Below are positions 15,584 through 23,077 of a stretch of 32,000 nt of DNA, piece by piece. Numbering within the stretch: position 1 is the stretch's first letter; every line of letters begins with the position of its first letter. The stretch is from Cereibacter sphaeroides 2.4.1 (lineage in GTDB: Bacteria > Pseudomonadota > Alphaproteobacteria > Rhodobacterales > Rhodobacteraceae), in NCBI RefSeq assembly GCF_000012905.2, contig NC_007494.2, positions 120,001 through 152,000 of the forward strand, read 5' to 3'. The notes under the pieces are model-generated. The model was not told the DNA's origin and did no database searches. It worked only from the letters and a program-made list of their open reading frames with translations. Both the position numbers and the translations under genes were made by a program.

Positions 15584-16180
15584 TTACCACGGCGCGCGGG
15601 GCGGGGAGAGACGGGCGCGCTCGGGCAGGGTGAGGGGCGGAGGCCCGCCTGCGAAGGCCGCGGCGAAGGCCACCGCATCGGCCTCGACCGCCTGATGATC
15701 GGCGAGGTAGCGGCGGGCGAAGCCCGGCACGCCCCACTCCCGATACTGGCCCACATGGCGCAGCTCATGGGCCCAGAGCGAGGCGTTGGCCAGCGCCTCG
15801 CCCTCGTCGGCGAAGACCACCACCTCGCCCAGCGTGATCGCCGAGGCATTGCCGTGCAGGATCGCGTTGCGCTGGAGCGACAGGTCGGTGCCGCCGCCCA
15901 CCCGCCAGCGCACCATCTCGAGATCCTGGGCGGGGACATGGCCCGCAAGGCGTGCCCGGATCGCCTCGGGGATCGCCGCGGTGCCCTCGGCCAGCGCCTG
16001 ACGCCGCGAGTCCTCGATGGCGGCGGCCAGCATCGCCACTGCCTGCTGCTGGCCGAGGATCGCCAGCGCCCGCCCGTAGGTGTTGGCGATGGTCAGCGGA
16101 TCGGTCGCGGGCCCTTCGGCGGGGGCGGGATGCGGCGCAAGCGCCAGAAGCAGGGCCAGCGGAAGGACAAGGGCGCGCAT
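15584..16180 (-). CDS. secreted DUF4157 (HExxH-like) domain protein, 198 aa
   Basis: Signal peptide MRALVLPLALLLALAPHPAPA. The core ...NASAITLGEVVVFADEGEA...LWAHELRHVGQYREWG fits the DUF4157 pattern (AHELxHVxQ). GGAG lies 6 nt upstream of the ATG. Confidence 0.8.
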   Translation of the reverse strand: MRALVLPLALLLALAPHPAPAEGPATDPLTIANTYGRALAILGQQQAVAMLAAAIEDSRRQALAEGTAAIPEAIRARLAGHVPAQDLEMVRWRVGGGTDLSLQRNAILHGNASAITLGEVVVFADEGEALANASLWAHELRHVGQYREWGVPGFARRYLADHQAVEADAVAFAAAFAGGPPPLTLPERARLSPPRAPW

Positions 16181-16356
16181 CGGATGCTCCGGCTTGGGCT
16201 TGGGCGGGGGCGGCCTGCGCCCGGATCCCGACTGTCCGGGCAGGCGACGGGGCTGTCAACGCCACCGCCCCGCCGTGCCGTCACGCTTGCGTGCGCGGCT
16301 CCTGTTGCGGCGGGGAACCCGCCCGCCCGGCATCGACGCGGAGGCTGGCCCTAAGG

Positions 16357-16386
16357 AAAAGGCGCGACCGGAGATCCGGCCGCGCC
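16357..16386 (-). terminator. intrinsic terminator of the ECF/BI-1/DUF2076 operon
   Basis: The minus strand reads GGCGCGGCCGGA-TCT-CCGGTCGCGCC (11-bp stem including one G-U), followed by TTTTCC. It starts 25 nt after the DUF2076 stop at 16411. Confidence 0.7.
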
Positions 16387-16410
16387 CCGAAGCCCCGCGA
16401 AGGGGGGAGG

Positions 16411-16989
16411 TCAGAATTCGCTGTCGTCGAAACCCGCGTCGTCGAAGCCCATGTCCTCTTCCGGCTCGGGTTCGGGTTCGGCCGCCTCGGCCTCGCCCGC
16501 GAACATGCTGCCCACCGCATTGGCGAGCAGCACGCCGCCCGCCACGCCCATCGCGGTCTGCGCCGCGCCGGCGAGGAAGCCGCCGCCCGCCGGCCGGTTG
16601 CCGAAGGGCGAGCCCGCGCCCGGCGCGCGGTTGTCGAAGGGAGACGCACCGGCCGCAGCCTGCCCGCGGGATCCGAAGGGCGAGGCCGCCGGGCGCTGCG
16701 GCGCGGGCGGCACCGGAGCGCCGCCGAAGAGCTTGCCGAAGAAGCCGCCCTGCTGCGCGCCGCCCTGACGCACCTGCGCCTCGAGCTGCTCGATCCGGGC
16801 CTGCGCCTGCTCGAGCGCCTGTTCCTGCACCACGATGGTCTGCGCCATGAAATAGGGCGCGCCGGGCTGACGGCCGATCCGGTCCGCGATGAAGGCGTCC
16901 GCCTCGCCGTCGCGGGCAGGCGCCGACTGCTCGACGGCCGCGAGCTTCTGGAACAGGCCTTCGATGGCCTGACGGTCGTTATGGTCCAT
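16411..16989 (-). CDS. DUF2076 domain protein (192 aa)
   Basis: MDHNDRQAIEGLFQKLAAVEQ...FMAQTIVVQEQALEQAQARIEQLEAQ, then a Gly-rich region with three SPF(G/D)xR repeats, a hydrophobic GGFLAGAAQTAMGVAGGVLLANAVGSMF segment and an acidic tail. AGAGGA SD. Confidence 0.8.
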   Translation of the reverse strand: MDHNDRQAIEGLFQKLAAVEQSAPARDGEADAFIADRIGRQPGAPYFMAQTIVVQEQALEQAQARIEQLEAQVRQGGAQQGGFFGKLFGGAPVPPAPQRPAASPFGSRGQAAAGASPFDNRAPGAGSPFGNRPAGGGFLAGAAQTAMGVAGGVLLANAVGSMFAGEAEAAEPEPEPEEDMGFDDAGFDDSEF

Positions 16990-17013
16990 GAGGATCCTCT
17001 GTGACTGGCAGGG

Positions 17014-17727
17014 TTACTCGCGCTCGCCCGTCAGCGAGAGCAGGAGCTGGAAGATGTTGATGAAGTTCAGGTAGAGCGACAGGGCCCCCATGACGGCGAG
17101 CTTCTGCGAGGTCTCGCTGTCCTGATGCTCGGCATATTGCAGCTTGATCGCCTGCGTGTCCCAGGCCGTCAGACCGACGAAGACGAGGATGCCGATGATC
17201 GAGATCGCGAACTGCAGCGCGGACGAGCCGAGGAAGAGGTTGATGACGCTGGCCAGGATGACGCCGATCAGGCCCATCATCAGGAAGCTGCCGAACTGGC
17301 TCAGGTCGCGCTTGGTCGTGTAGCCGTAGAGGCTCATGCCGGCGAACATGGCCGCCGCCCCGAAGAAGGCGCGCGCGATCGAGGTGCCGGTGAAGACGAG
17401 GAAGATCGAGGCGAGCGACAGGCCCATGACACCGCAGAAGGCCCAGAAGAGCATCTGCGCGGTGCCCGCCGAGATGGCCTCGATGCGGAAGGACAGGAAC
17501 AGGACGAAGGCGAGCGGCGCCAGCATCACGACCCATTTCAGCGGGGTCGAGAAGATCGGCACATAGATGGCGGGGGTGGCCGCGACGAGGACGGCCACGA
17601 GGCCCGTCAGCGCGAGCCCGAGGCCCATGTAGTTGTAGATGCGCAGCATATGCGCGCGCAGGCCGTCGTCATAGACAGCGGTGGAGCGCGCGAAACCGGC
17701 GCTGCGGCCGTGAGGGGCGGGATTCAT
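17014..17727 (-). CDS. Bax inhibitor-1 / YccA family membrane protein (237 aa)
   Basis: Seven TM helices. N-terminus ...YDDGLRAHMLRIYNYMGLGLALTG is typical of the BI-1/YccA family. GGAGA SD. It starts 27 nt after the anti-sigma stop. Confidence 0.9.
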   Translation of the reverse strand: MNPAPHGRSAGFARSTAVYDDGLRAHMLRIYNYMGLGLALTGLVAVLVAATPAIYVPIFSTPLKWVVMLAPLAFVLFLSFRIEAISAGTAQMLFWAFCGVMGLSLASIFLVFTGTSIARAFFGAAAMFAGMSLYGYTTKRDLSQFGSFLMMGLIGVILASVINLFLGSSALQFAISIIGILVFVGLTAWDTQAIKLQYAEHQDSETSQKLAVMGALSLYLNFINIFQLLLSLTGERE

Positions 17728-17754
17728 CCGGGGATCTCCGTCTCTTGGGGATGG

Positions 17755-18531
17755 TCAGTAAAGCGTGCGCGAGAGGCCTTCGGCGGCCTCGCGCAGGGCA
17801 TCCGGCGGGGCGGCCTCGGCCACGAGGACATGGGCCACTTCGCCGATCTGGAACCAGGCGACCTCGAGGCCGCTCGCCTGCATCTCGTCGGGCAGCGCCA
17901 CGCGGAAGCTGCCGGGCCGCACCGCAAAGAGCGACAGCCGCCCGAGCTCGGGCGTCTCGAGCGCCATCTCGACGCTGGGGCCCTGCGGCGAGGGGAAGAT
18001 CTGCACGTCCTGCACCTGCCAGTCGCCGGGCAGGCCGGGCAGCAGGATGCCGGTCTTGGCGCGGATCTCGGCCGCGTCGAGCCGGGGCATCGCGGGCTGC
18101 GATTGCATCGAAAGCCGGAGCCTGCCCGCCTCGTGCGCCTCGAGCGCGGCCTGGATGAATTCGGGCGGCGGCTCGGAGGCCACCACCTGCGGCACGCGCA
18201 GCGGCCCGAGGCCGGCGACGCCCGCACCAATCATGCCGCCCAGCACGAGGACCGCCGCCATCGGCGCCAGCCGCACCAGCATCCGGTCGAGCCCCAGCCC
18301 GCGCGCGAGGCGCCGTGCGGCGGCCCGCGTCTCGGGTGCCTCGTGCGGCAGCGGCTCGGCAAAGGCGAGGCGCAGCTCGTCGCGCGCCTGCAGATCGGCC
18401 ATCACCCGGGCCGCGGCCTCGGGATCGGTCGCGAGATGCCGCTCCACCGCCACGCGGCGCCACGGGTCGAGCTGGTCGTCGACATAGGCCACGAGGTCGA
18501 GCTCGGTCACCGGCTCATGCATCGTCCGCAT
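17755..18531 (-). CDS. anti-sigma factor (N-terminal anti-sigma domain without Zn ligands, one TM helix, ~150-aa periplasmic domain), 258 aa
   Basis: ORF track 17755..18849 trimmed to ATG 18531, overlapping the sigma gene by 17 nt. ELDLVAYVDDQLDPWRRVAVERHLATDPEAAARV resembles an anti-sigma domain. TM helix MLVRLAPMAAVLVLGGMIGAGVAG. Confidence 0.78.
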   Translation of the reverse strand: MRTMHEPVTELDLVAYVDDQLDPWRRVAVERHLATDPEAAARVMADLQARDELRLAFAEPLPHEAPETRAAARRLARGLGLDRMLVRLAPMAAVLVLGGMIGAGVAGLGPLRVPQVVASEPPPEFIQAALEAHEAGRLRLSMQSQPAMPRLDAAEIRAKTGILLPGLPGDWQVQDVQIFPSPQGPSVEMALETPELGRLSLFAVRPGSFRVALPDEMQASGLEVAWFQIGEVAHVLVAEAAPPDALREAAEGLSRTLY

Positions 18532-19045
18532 CGCGTCCTCCCACCACCCGAAGCGGCTGGCGCGCCGCCTCTCCGTTCTCGAAGGCCCGGAGCGCCGCAC
18601 GCGCCCGGCCGATCCGCGACATGAGCGTGCCCTGCGGCACGCCGAGCACCTCGGCGGCCTCGGCATAGGACAGCCCCTCGATCGCCACGAGATGCAGCGC
18701 CGAGCGCTGCTCTTCGGGCAGGCGCGCGAAGGCCTCGCGGATCTGGGCCAGCCGCACCGCGCTCTCCTGCGAGGCGGGGTGCGACAGAGGCGCCGCCTCC
18801 ATCGCCGCCGCCTCGCGCCGCTCGCGGGCGCGGCGGCTGCGCAGCGCATCGATGAAGAGGTTGTGCAGGATCGACATCAGCCAGACCCTGAGCCCCTTGC
18901 CGCGCCGGAAGCTCGCCCGCCGCTCATGCGCACGCAGGAGCGCCTCCTGCACGAGATCCTCGGCCTCCGCCTCGTCGCGGGTGAGCGACCGGGCGTAGCG
19001 CCGGAGCGGGGTCAGTTCGGCCAGGATCTCATCTGTTTCGCGCAT
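18515..19045 (-). CDS. ECF (group 4) sigma-70 factor, 176 aa
   Basis: ORF track 18515..19450 trimmed to ATG 19045. Region 2 DLVQEALLRAHERRASFRRGKGLRVWLMSILHNLFID. Region 4 LSYAEAAEVLGVPQGTLMSRIGRARAALR. Confidence 0.9.
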   Translation of the reverse strand: MRETDEILAELTPLRRYARSLTRDEAEAEDLVQEALLRAHERRASFRRGKGLRVWLMSILHNLFIDALRSRRARERREAAAMEAAPLSHPASQESAVRLAQIREAFARLPEEQRSALHLVAIEGLSYAEAAEVLGVPQGTLMSRIGRARAALRAFENGEAARQPLRVVGGRDADDA

Positions 19046-19054
19046 CTTGCCGGA

Positions 19055-19082
19055 TATACGGAGCCGCGCCGCCCCTTCATCC
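19055..19082 (-). promoter_or_regulatory. candidate ECF-type promoter GGATGA-N16-CGTATA (motif only)
   Basis: The minus strand has GGATGA (19082-19077), a 16-nt spacer, then CGTATA (19060-19055), ending 9 nt before ATG 19045. It is bracketed by the inverted repeat CGGATAT (19051-19057) / ATATCCG (19097-19103). Confidence 0.25.
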
Positions 19083-19110
19083 CGCGAGAGCGAAAAATAT
19101 CCGAAGTTTT

Positions 19111-19419
19111 TTAGCCGGGCGGCAGACAGGTCGAGGTAACGGCCACCGGGATCAGGGTCCAGAGGGTCGCTGCAAGCCCCACGATGGCGAGGAGGAGGCT
19201 GGTTCTGCGCACGAAAGGGGTCGGATCGCCGAAGCGGCGTGAGCGGAGCGCGAGGAGCAGCGCGAGCTGGAGCGCGAGGACCGCGGCCCCGCCCGCGATC
19301 AGGAGCGGGCGTCCGCCGGGCCAGCCGCCAGAGCAGACGAGGCCATGCAGGGCGTAGACCGCGCTGAAGCCCGCGAGCCAGAGCGTGAGGGGCAAGGCGA
19401 TGCGGAGGATGGCGCTCAT
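19111..19419 (-). CDS. small 3-TM membrane protein, possible oxidase subunit IV analogue (102 aa)
   Basis: ATG 19419 overlaps the subunit I stop as ATGA. It has three hydrophobic helices. Its size, topology and position recall CyoD/QoxD, but I see no sequence motif that I recognise. Confidence 0.6.
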   Translation of the reverse strand: MSAILRIALPLTLWLAGFSAVYALHGLVCSGGWPGGRPLLIAGGAAVLALQLALLLALRSRRFGDPTPFVRRTSLLLAIVGLAATLWTLIPVAVTSTCLPPG

Positions 19420-21893
19420 GCCACGAGCCCCGGCAGGAGGGCGGCGGCAACGCCGACGAGGCCCGCGAAGGCCGCCCAGTCGGTCCAGAGCCGGAGGATG
19501 CGCAAGGGCGAGATCCGCGCGGCCGAGAGCCTGCCGCGGGCCTGCATCGCCATCACGACCAGCGTCATCAGGAGGGCCAGGCCTGCATGAAACCCCGTAT
19601 AGCCCGCGATGACCCAGACGGTCGCGTCATAGGCATGCCGCTGCGGCGCAGGCAGGGCGAGGCAGAGCATCCCCGCCGCCGCGGCAAGTGCCCCGAGCGC
19701 CAGTGCCGCCCCCGCAAGCCCCGCCTGCGGCGAGCCTCCCCGCCGGAGTGTGCGGTCCGCCAGCCGCACGAGGAGGGGCGCACTCGCCGCCCCCGCGAGG
19801 AGGAGCGCGCCCTGCAGCCCCGAGGGCGCGAGCCATGCGGGCGGCGGCCAGTTCGGCGCCACCGTCCAGAGGAAGGCATAGCCGAACATGAGCGAGCCGA
19901 AGAGCGTGCCGTTCGCCAGCAAGAGGAAGAGCGACCCCCACCAGCCGGGGCTCTGCGCCACGTCGCGGGGCAGGCTGAGGCCGAGGCCCACCGGCTGCGG
20001 ACCCTCGTCGCGCCCGGGCGCATTGGTCCAGACCCAGCGGATGGCCAGCGCCGCCACACCGACCAGCGCCAGCGGCACCAGCCAGTAGGTCTTCAGGAGC
20101 ATCCCCAGGAAGAAGAGCCCGGTCACGAGCGCGAGCTGAAAGGGAAGGGCGCTGTTGCCGGGATAGACGACGAGGCTCGCGGGCCGCCCGGTCGCCACAT
20201 TCACCATCAGCGTCTCGCGCCTCCCGTTGCGGGGCTCGCCCAGGTAGAAGGCGCCCCTGGCGATCTTCACCGCGAGGTCGGGATCGGCATGGAGCGGATC
20301 GCGGCCGCTCACCTCCGGCAGGCTCGCGAAATTGTAGGCGGGCGCGGGCGTGGGCATCGCCCATTCGAGCGTGCCCGCGCGCCAGGGATTGCGGCTGCCC
20401 CGGACGGCCACCAGCGCGTTCATCGCCACGTCGAGGATCACCAGCGCGAAGCCGATCGCCATGACGAAGCCGCCGATCGAGGAGATGAGGTTGATGACCT
20501 CCCATCCCTGGCCGGGCTCGTAGGTCTCGGTCCGCCGCCGCTGGCCGAGGAGCCCTACCCAGTGGACGGCGAGGAACGTGGCGTGAAAGCCCACCGTCAC
20601 CAGCCAGAAGGCCACGTCGCCCACCCGGAAGAACCGCTTCCGCCCGGTGACATGGGGCATCCAGTAGTAGAGCGCGGCGAGCATCGGGAAGACGAAGCCG
20701 CCGACGAGGACGTAGTGGAGGTGGGCCACGATGAAATGCGTGTCATGCACCTGCCAGTCGAAGGGCACCACCGCCACCATGACGCCGGTCAGCCCGCCGA
20801 TCACGAAGGTGGCGAAGAAGGCGAGGATCCACATCATCGGCAGCCGCATCTCGGGCGTGCCGCGCCAGAGCGTGCCGATCCAGGCGAAGAGCTGCACCGC
20901 CGTCGGCACCGCAACGAGCGTCGAGGCGGCCGAGAAGAGCGCAAGCCCCATGTGGGGGATGCCGGTCGTGAACATGTGGTGGACCCAGAGCCCGAAGCTC
21001 AGCACCGCGAGCGAGATGGCGGCGGCCACCACCCAGCGATAGCCGATGAGCTCGGTTCGCGCCATCACGGGCAGGATGGTCGAGATCGCCCCCGCGGCGG
21101 GCAGGAAGATGATATAGACCTCGGGATGGCCGAAGAGCCAGAAGAGGTGCTGCCAGAGCAGGCTGTCGCCCCCCTCGGCCACCTGGAAGAAGGGCAGGCC
21201 GAAGGCGCGCTCCAGTTCCAGAAGGATCGAGCCGAGGATCAGCGGCGGAAAGCCCGTGAGGATCATCGTCGCCGTGACGAGCGCATACCAGCCATAGATC
21301 GGCATCCGGTCGAGCGACATGCCGGGGGCGCGGAAGCGCAGCACCGTCACCACGATCTCGACCGCGGCCGCGATGGCCGAGATCTCGACGAAGGTGATGC
21401 CCAGAAGCCAGAAATCGGAATTGATCCCGGGCGAGCCCAGCGTCGAGGCCAGCGGCGGATACATGAACCAGCCGCTGTCGGGCGCGATCCCGGCCAGCAG
21501 CGCCACGATCAGCATCGAGCCGCCCAGCACATAGCACCAGAAACCGTAAGCCGAGAGCCGCGGATAGGCCAGATCCCGCGACCCCAGCATCTTCGGCAGC
21601 AGATAGATCGTGAGCCCCTCGAACATCGGGATCGCGAACAGGAACATCATGATGGTCCCGTGCATCGTGAAGAGCTGCGCATAGGTCTCGGCGCCCACGA
21701 AGGCCGAGCGGGGGCTGGCCAGCTGCGCCCGGATCAGCATGGCGAGGATGCCGCCGATCAGGAAGAAGACGACCGACGCGCCGAGGAACATCCGGCCAAG
21801 ATCGGTGTGGTTCACGGTGGTGAACCAGCCGCGCCAGCCGGGCTCGGAGGCCCAGATCCGCGTGAGGAGGCGGTGTCGGCGCAGGGCATTCAT
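19416..21893 (-). CDS. heme-copper oxidase subunit I fused to a subunit III-like C-terminal domain (825 aa)
   Basis: ORF track 19416..22508 trimmed to ATG 21893. Motifs NHTDLG, GHPEVYIIFLPAAG, WVHHMFTTGIP and HDTHFIVAHLHYVLVGG. The last ~270 aa form an extra multi-TM domain (...LFLLLANGTLFGSLMFGYAFLW...). Confidence 0.92.
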   Translation of the reverse strand: MNALRRHRLLTRIWASEPGWRGWFTTVNHTDLGRMFLGASVVFFLIGGILAMLIRAQLASPRSAFVGAETYAQLFTMHGTIMMFLFAIPMFEGLTIYLLPKMLGSRDLAYPRLSAYGFWCYVLGGSMLIVALLAGIAPDSGWFMYPPLASTLGSPGINSDFWLLGITFVEISAIAAAVEIVVTVLRFRAPGMSLDRMPIYGWYALVTATMILTGFPPLILGSILLELERAFGLPFFQVAEGGDSLLWQHLFWLFGHPEVYIIFLPAAGAISTILPVMARTELIGYRWVVAAAISLAVLSFGLWVHHMFTTGIPHMGLALFSAASTLVAVPTAVQLFAWIGTLWRGTPEMRLPMMWILAFFATFVIGGLTGVMVAVVPFDWQVHDTHFIVAHLHYVLVGGFVFPMLAALYYWMPHVTGRKRFFRVGDVAFWLVTVGFHATFLAVHWVGLLGQRRRTETYEPGQGWEVINLISSIGGFVMAIGFALVILDVAMNALVAVRGSRNPWRAGTLEWAMPTPAPAYNFASLPEVSGRDPLHADPDLAVKIARGAFYLGEPRNGRRETLMVNVATGRPASLVVYPGNSALPFQLALVTGLFFLGMLLKTYWLVPLALVGVAALAIRWVWTNAPGRDEGPQPVGLGLSLPRDVAQSPGWWGSLFLLLANGTLFGSLMFGYAFLWTVAPNWPPPAWLAPSGLQGALLLAGAASAPLLVRLADRTLRRGGSPQAGLAGAALALGALAAAAGMLCLALPAPQRHAYDATVWVIAGYTGFHAGLALLMTLVVMAMQARGRLSAARISPLRILRLWTDWAAFAGLVGVAAALLPGLVA

Positions 21894-22675
21894 GGAGAGG
21901 GAGCCTCGAGGAAGGCCTGCCAGTCGGCGGCATCGTGCGCGCGGACCGTGAAGGCGTGGGTGCGGTAGCCGGGTCCGCTGAATTCGGCGCTGACGCCGGC
22001 ATAGTCGCCGGGCACGCGCGCCTCGATCCGCAGCAGGTTCACATGGCCCGGGATGGCGTCCATCTTGCCGGCCAGCCGCGGCACCCAGAAACTGTGGATC
22101 ACGTCGGCGCTGGTGATCTGCACGTCCACCGGCCGGCCGGCCGGGATATGGAGGATGTCCTCGGTCTGAAGGCCCGGGCGGTCCTCGTAGCCGAAGCGCC
22201 AGGCCCATTGCCGTGCCTCGGCCCGCACCGTCACCCGCTCGGGATGGTCGTGGGGCAGAAGCGCCTCGCCCACCGTCAGCCCGTAAGCCAGAAGGGCCGC
22301 GAGCACGGTGAGCGGGAAAGCCAGCCCCAGCCCCTGCAGCCAGAGCCGGTCGCTGCCGCCGCCCGGCCTGCGGCGCATGGCGAGGGCCAGAAGCCCCGTC
22401 ACGAAGAGGAAGATGGCCGTGGCGCCCGCGAGCATCACCCACCACAGCCGCGCGATGACTTCGGCCGCGGGCCCGGCGGGATGAACGGCCGACAGATCCT
22501 CGGCGCAACCGGAGAGCAGGATCGGCGTTGTGAGGAGGAACAGCCAGCCGCGGAGGAGCCGATGACGGACAAGCAGGTGCAGACCGAGGACAATACGCTG
22601 ATCGATCCGATCAGCTCGAGCCCCGATTTCGAACAGACGGAGAGCCGTATCGCGATCTGGGGCCACCCGGCCCAT
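21890..22675 (-). CDS. heme-copper oxidase subunit II, CuA-less (quinol-oxidase type), lipoprotein; start codon uncertain
   Basis: Stop/start ATGA overlap with subunit I at 21890-21893. Lipobox LLSGC (Cys codon 22507-22505). Cupredoxin region DVIHSFWVPRLAGKMDAIPGH. The CuA position reads GVSAEFSGPGYRTHAF (21950-21997). The end coordinate is the nearest upstream ATG; the true start is probably nearer 22576-22594. Confidence 0.85.
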   Translation of the reverse strand: MGRVAPDRDTALRLFEIGARADRIDQRIVLGLHLLVRHRLLRGWLFLLTTPILLSGCAEDLSAVHPAGPAAEVIARLWWVMLAGATAIFLFVTGLLALAMRRRPGGGSDRLWLQGLGLAFPLTVLAALLAYGLTVGEALLPHDHPERVTVRAEARQWAWRFGYEDRPGLQTEDILHIPAGRPVDVQITSADVIHSFWVPRLAGKMDAIPGHVNLLRIEARVPGDYAGVSAEFSGPGYRTHAFTVRAHDAADWQAFLEAPSP

Positions 22676-23077
22676 GCCATGACCGTGGCCTTCCCGGTGG
22701 CGCTGACCTTCTGCACCTTCGGCGCGGACGTGCTCTACTGGCTGTCCGGCGACATCTTCTGGGCGCGGGCGGCGCTCTGGGCTGCGGGCACCGCCTTCCT
22801 GTTCGGCCTCGCCGCGGGCGTCACGGGCACCACCGAGCTTCTGATGGTGCCGGGCATCCGCGCCCGCGCCGCCGCCTGGACCCACTTCGTCATCGCGGTG
22901 GCGCTTCTGTCGGTGCTCGGGGCGAACTGGGGCTACCGGCTCGGCGGCTACGAGGAGGCGGTGCTGCCTTACGGCCTGCTCCTCTCGGCGTTCGGTGTGG
23001 TGATGGTCTCGGCGGCGGGCTGGCATGGGGGCAAGCTCGTGTTCGACTATCGGCTGGGGACGTCGAAGGGAAGCTGA
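22562..23077 (+). CDS. DUF2231 domain membrane protein (171 aa)
   Basis: ORF track 21935..23077 trimmed to ATG 22562 (GGAGGAG 3 nt upstream). IWGHPAHAMTVAFPVAL fits the DUF2231 GHPxHPxxVxFP pattern. Four TM helices. Confidence 0.8.
   Translation: MTDKQVQTEDNTLIDPISSSPDFEQTESRIAIWGHPAHAMTVAFPVALTFCTFGADVLYWLSGDIFWARAALWAAGTAFLFGLAAGVTGTTELLMVPGIRARAAAWTHFVIAVALLSVLGANWGYRLGGYEEAVLPYGLLLSAFGVVMVSAAGWHGGKLVFDYRLGTSKGS
22597..22615. promoter_or_regulatory. perfect 19-bp palindrome GCTGATCG-ATC-CGATCAGC at the head of the oxidase operon
   Basis: Arms at 22597-22604 and 22608-22615. It lies inside the DUF2231 N-terminal coding region, 3-21 nt upstream of the plausible subunit II start sites. Confidence 0.4.

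Noticed and set aside
21894-22508. 205-codon N-terminal extension of the oxidase subunit I ORF (track 19416..22508)
   Set aside because: It overlaps the real subunit II frame, and the translation is Arg/Gly-rich. Subunit I homology starts at ATG 21893, which is ATGA-coupled to the subunit II stop.
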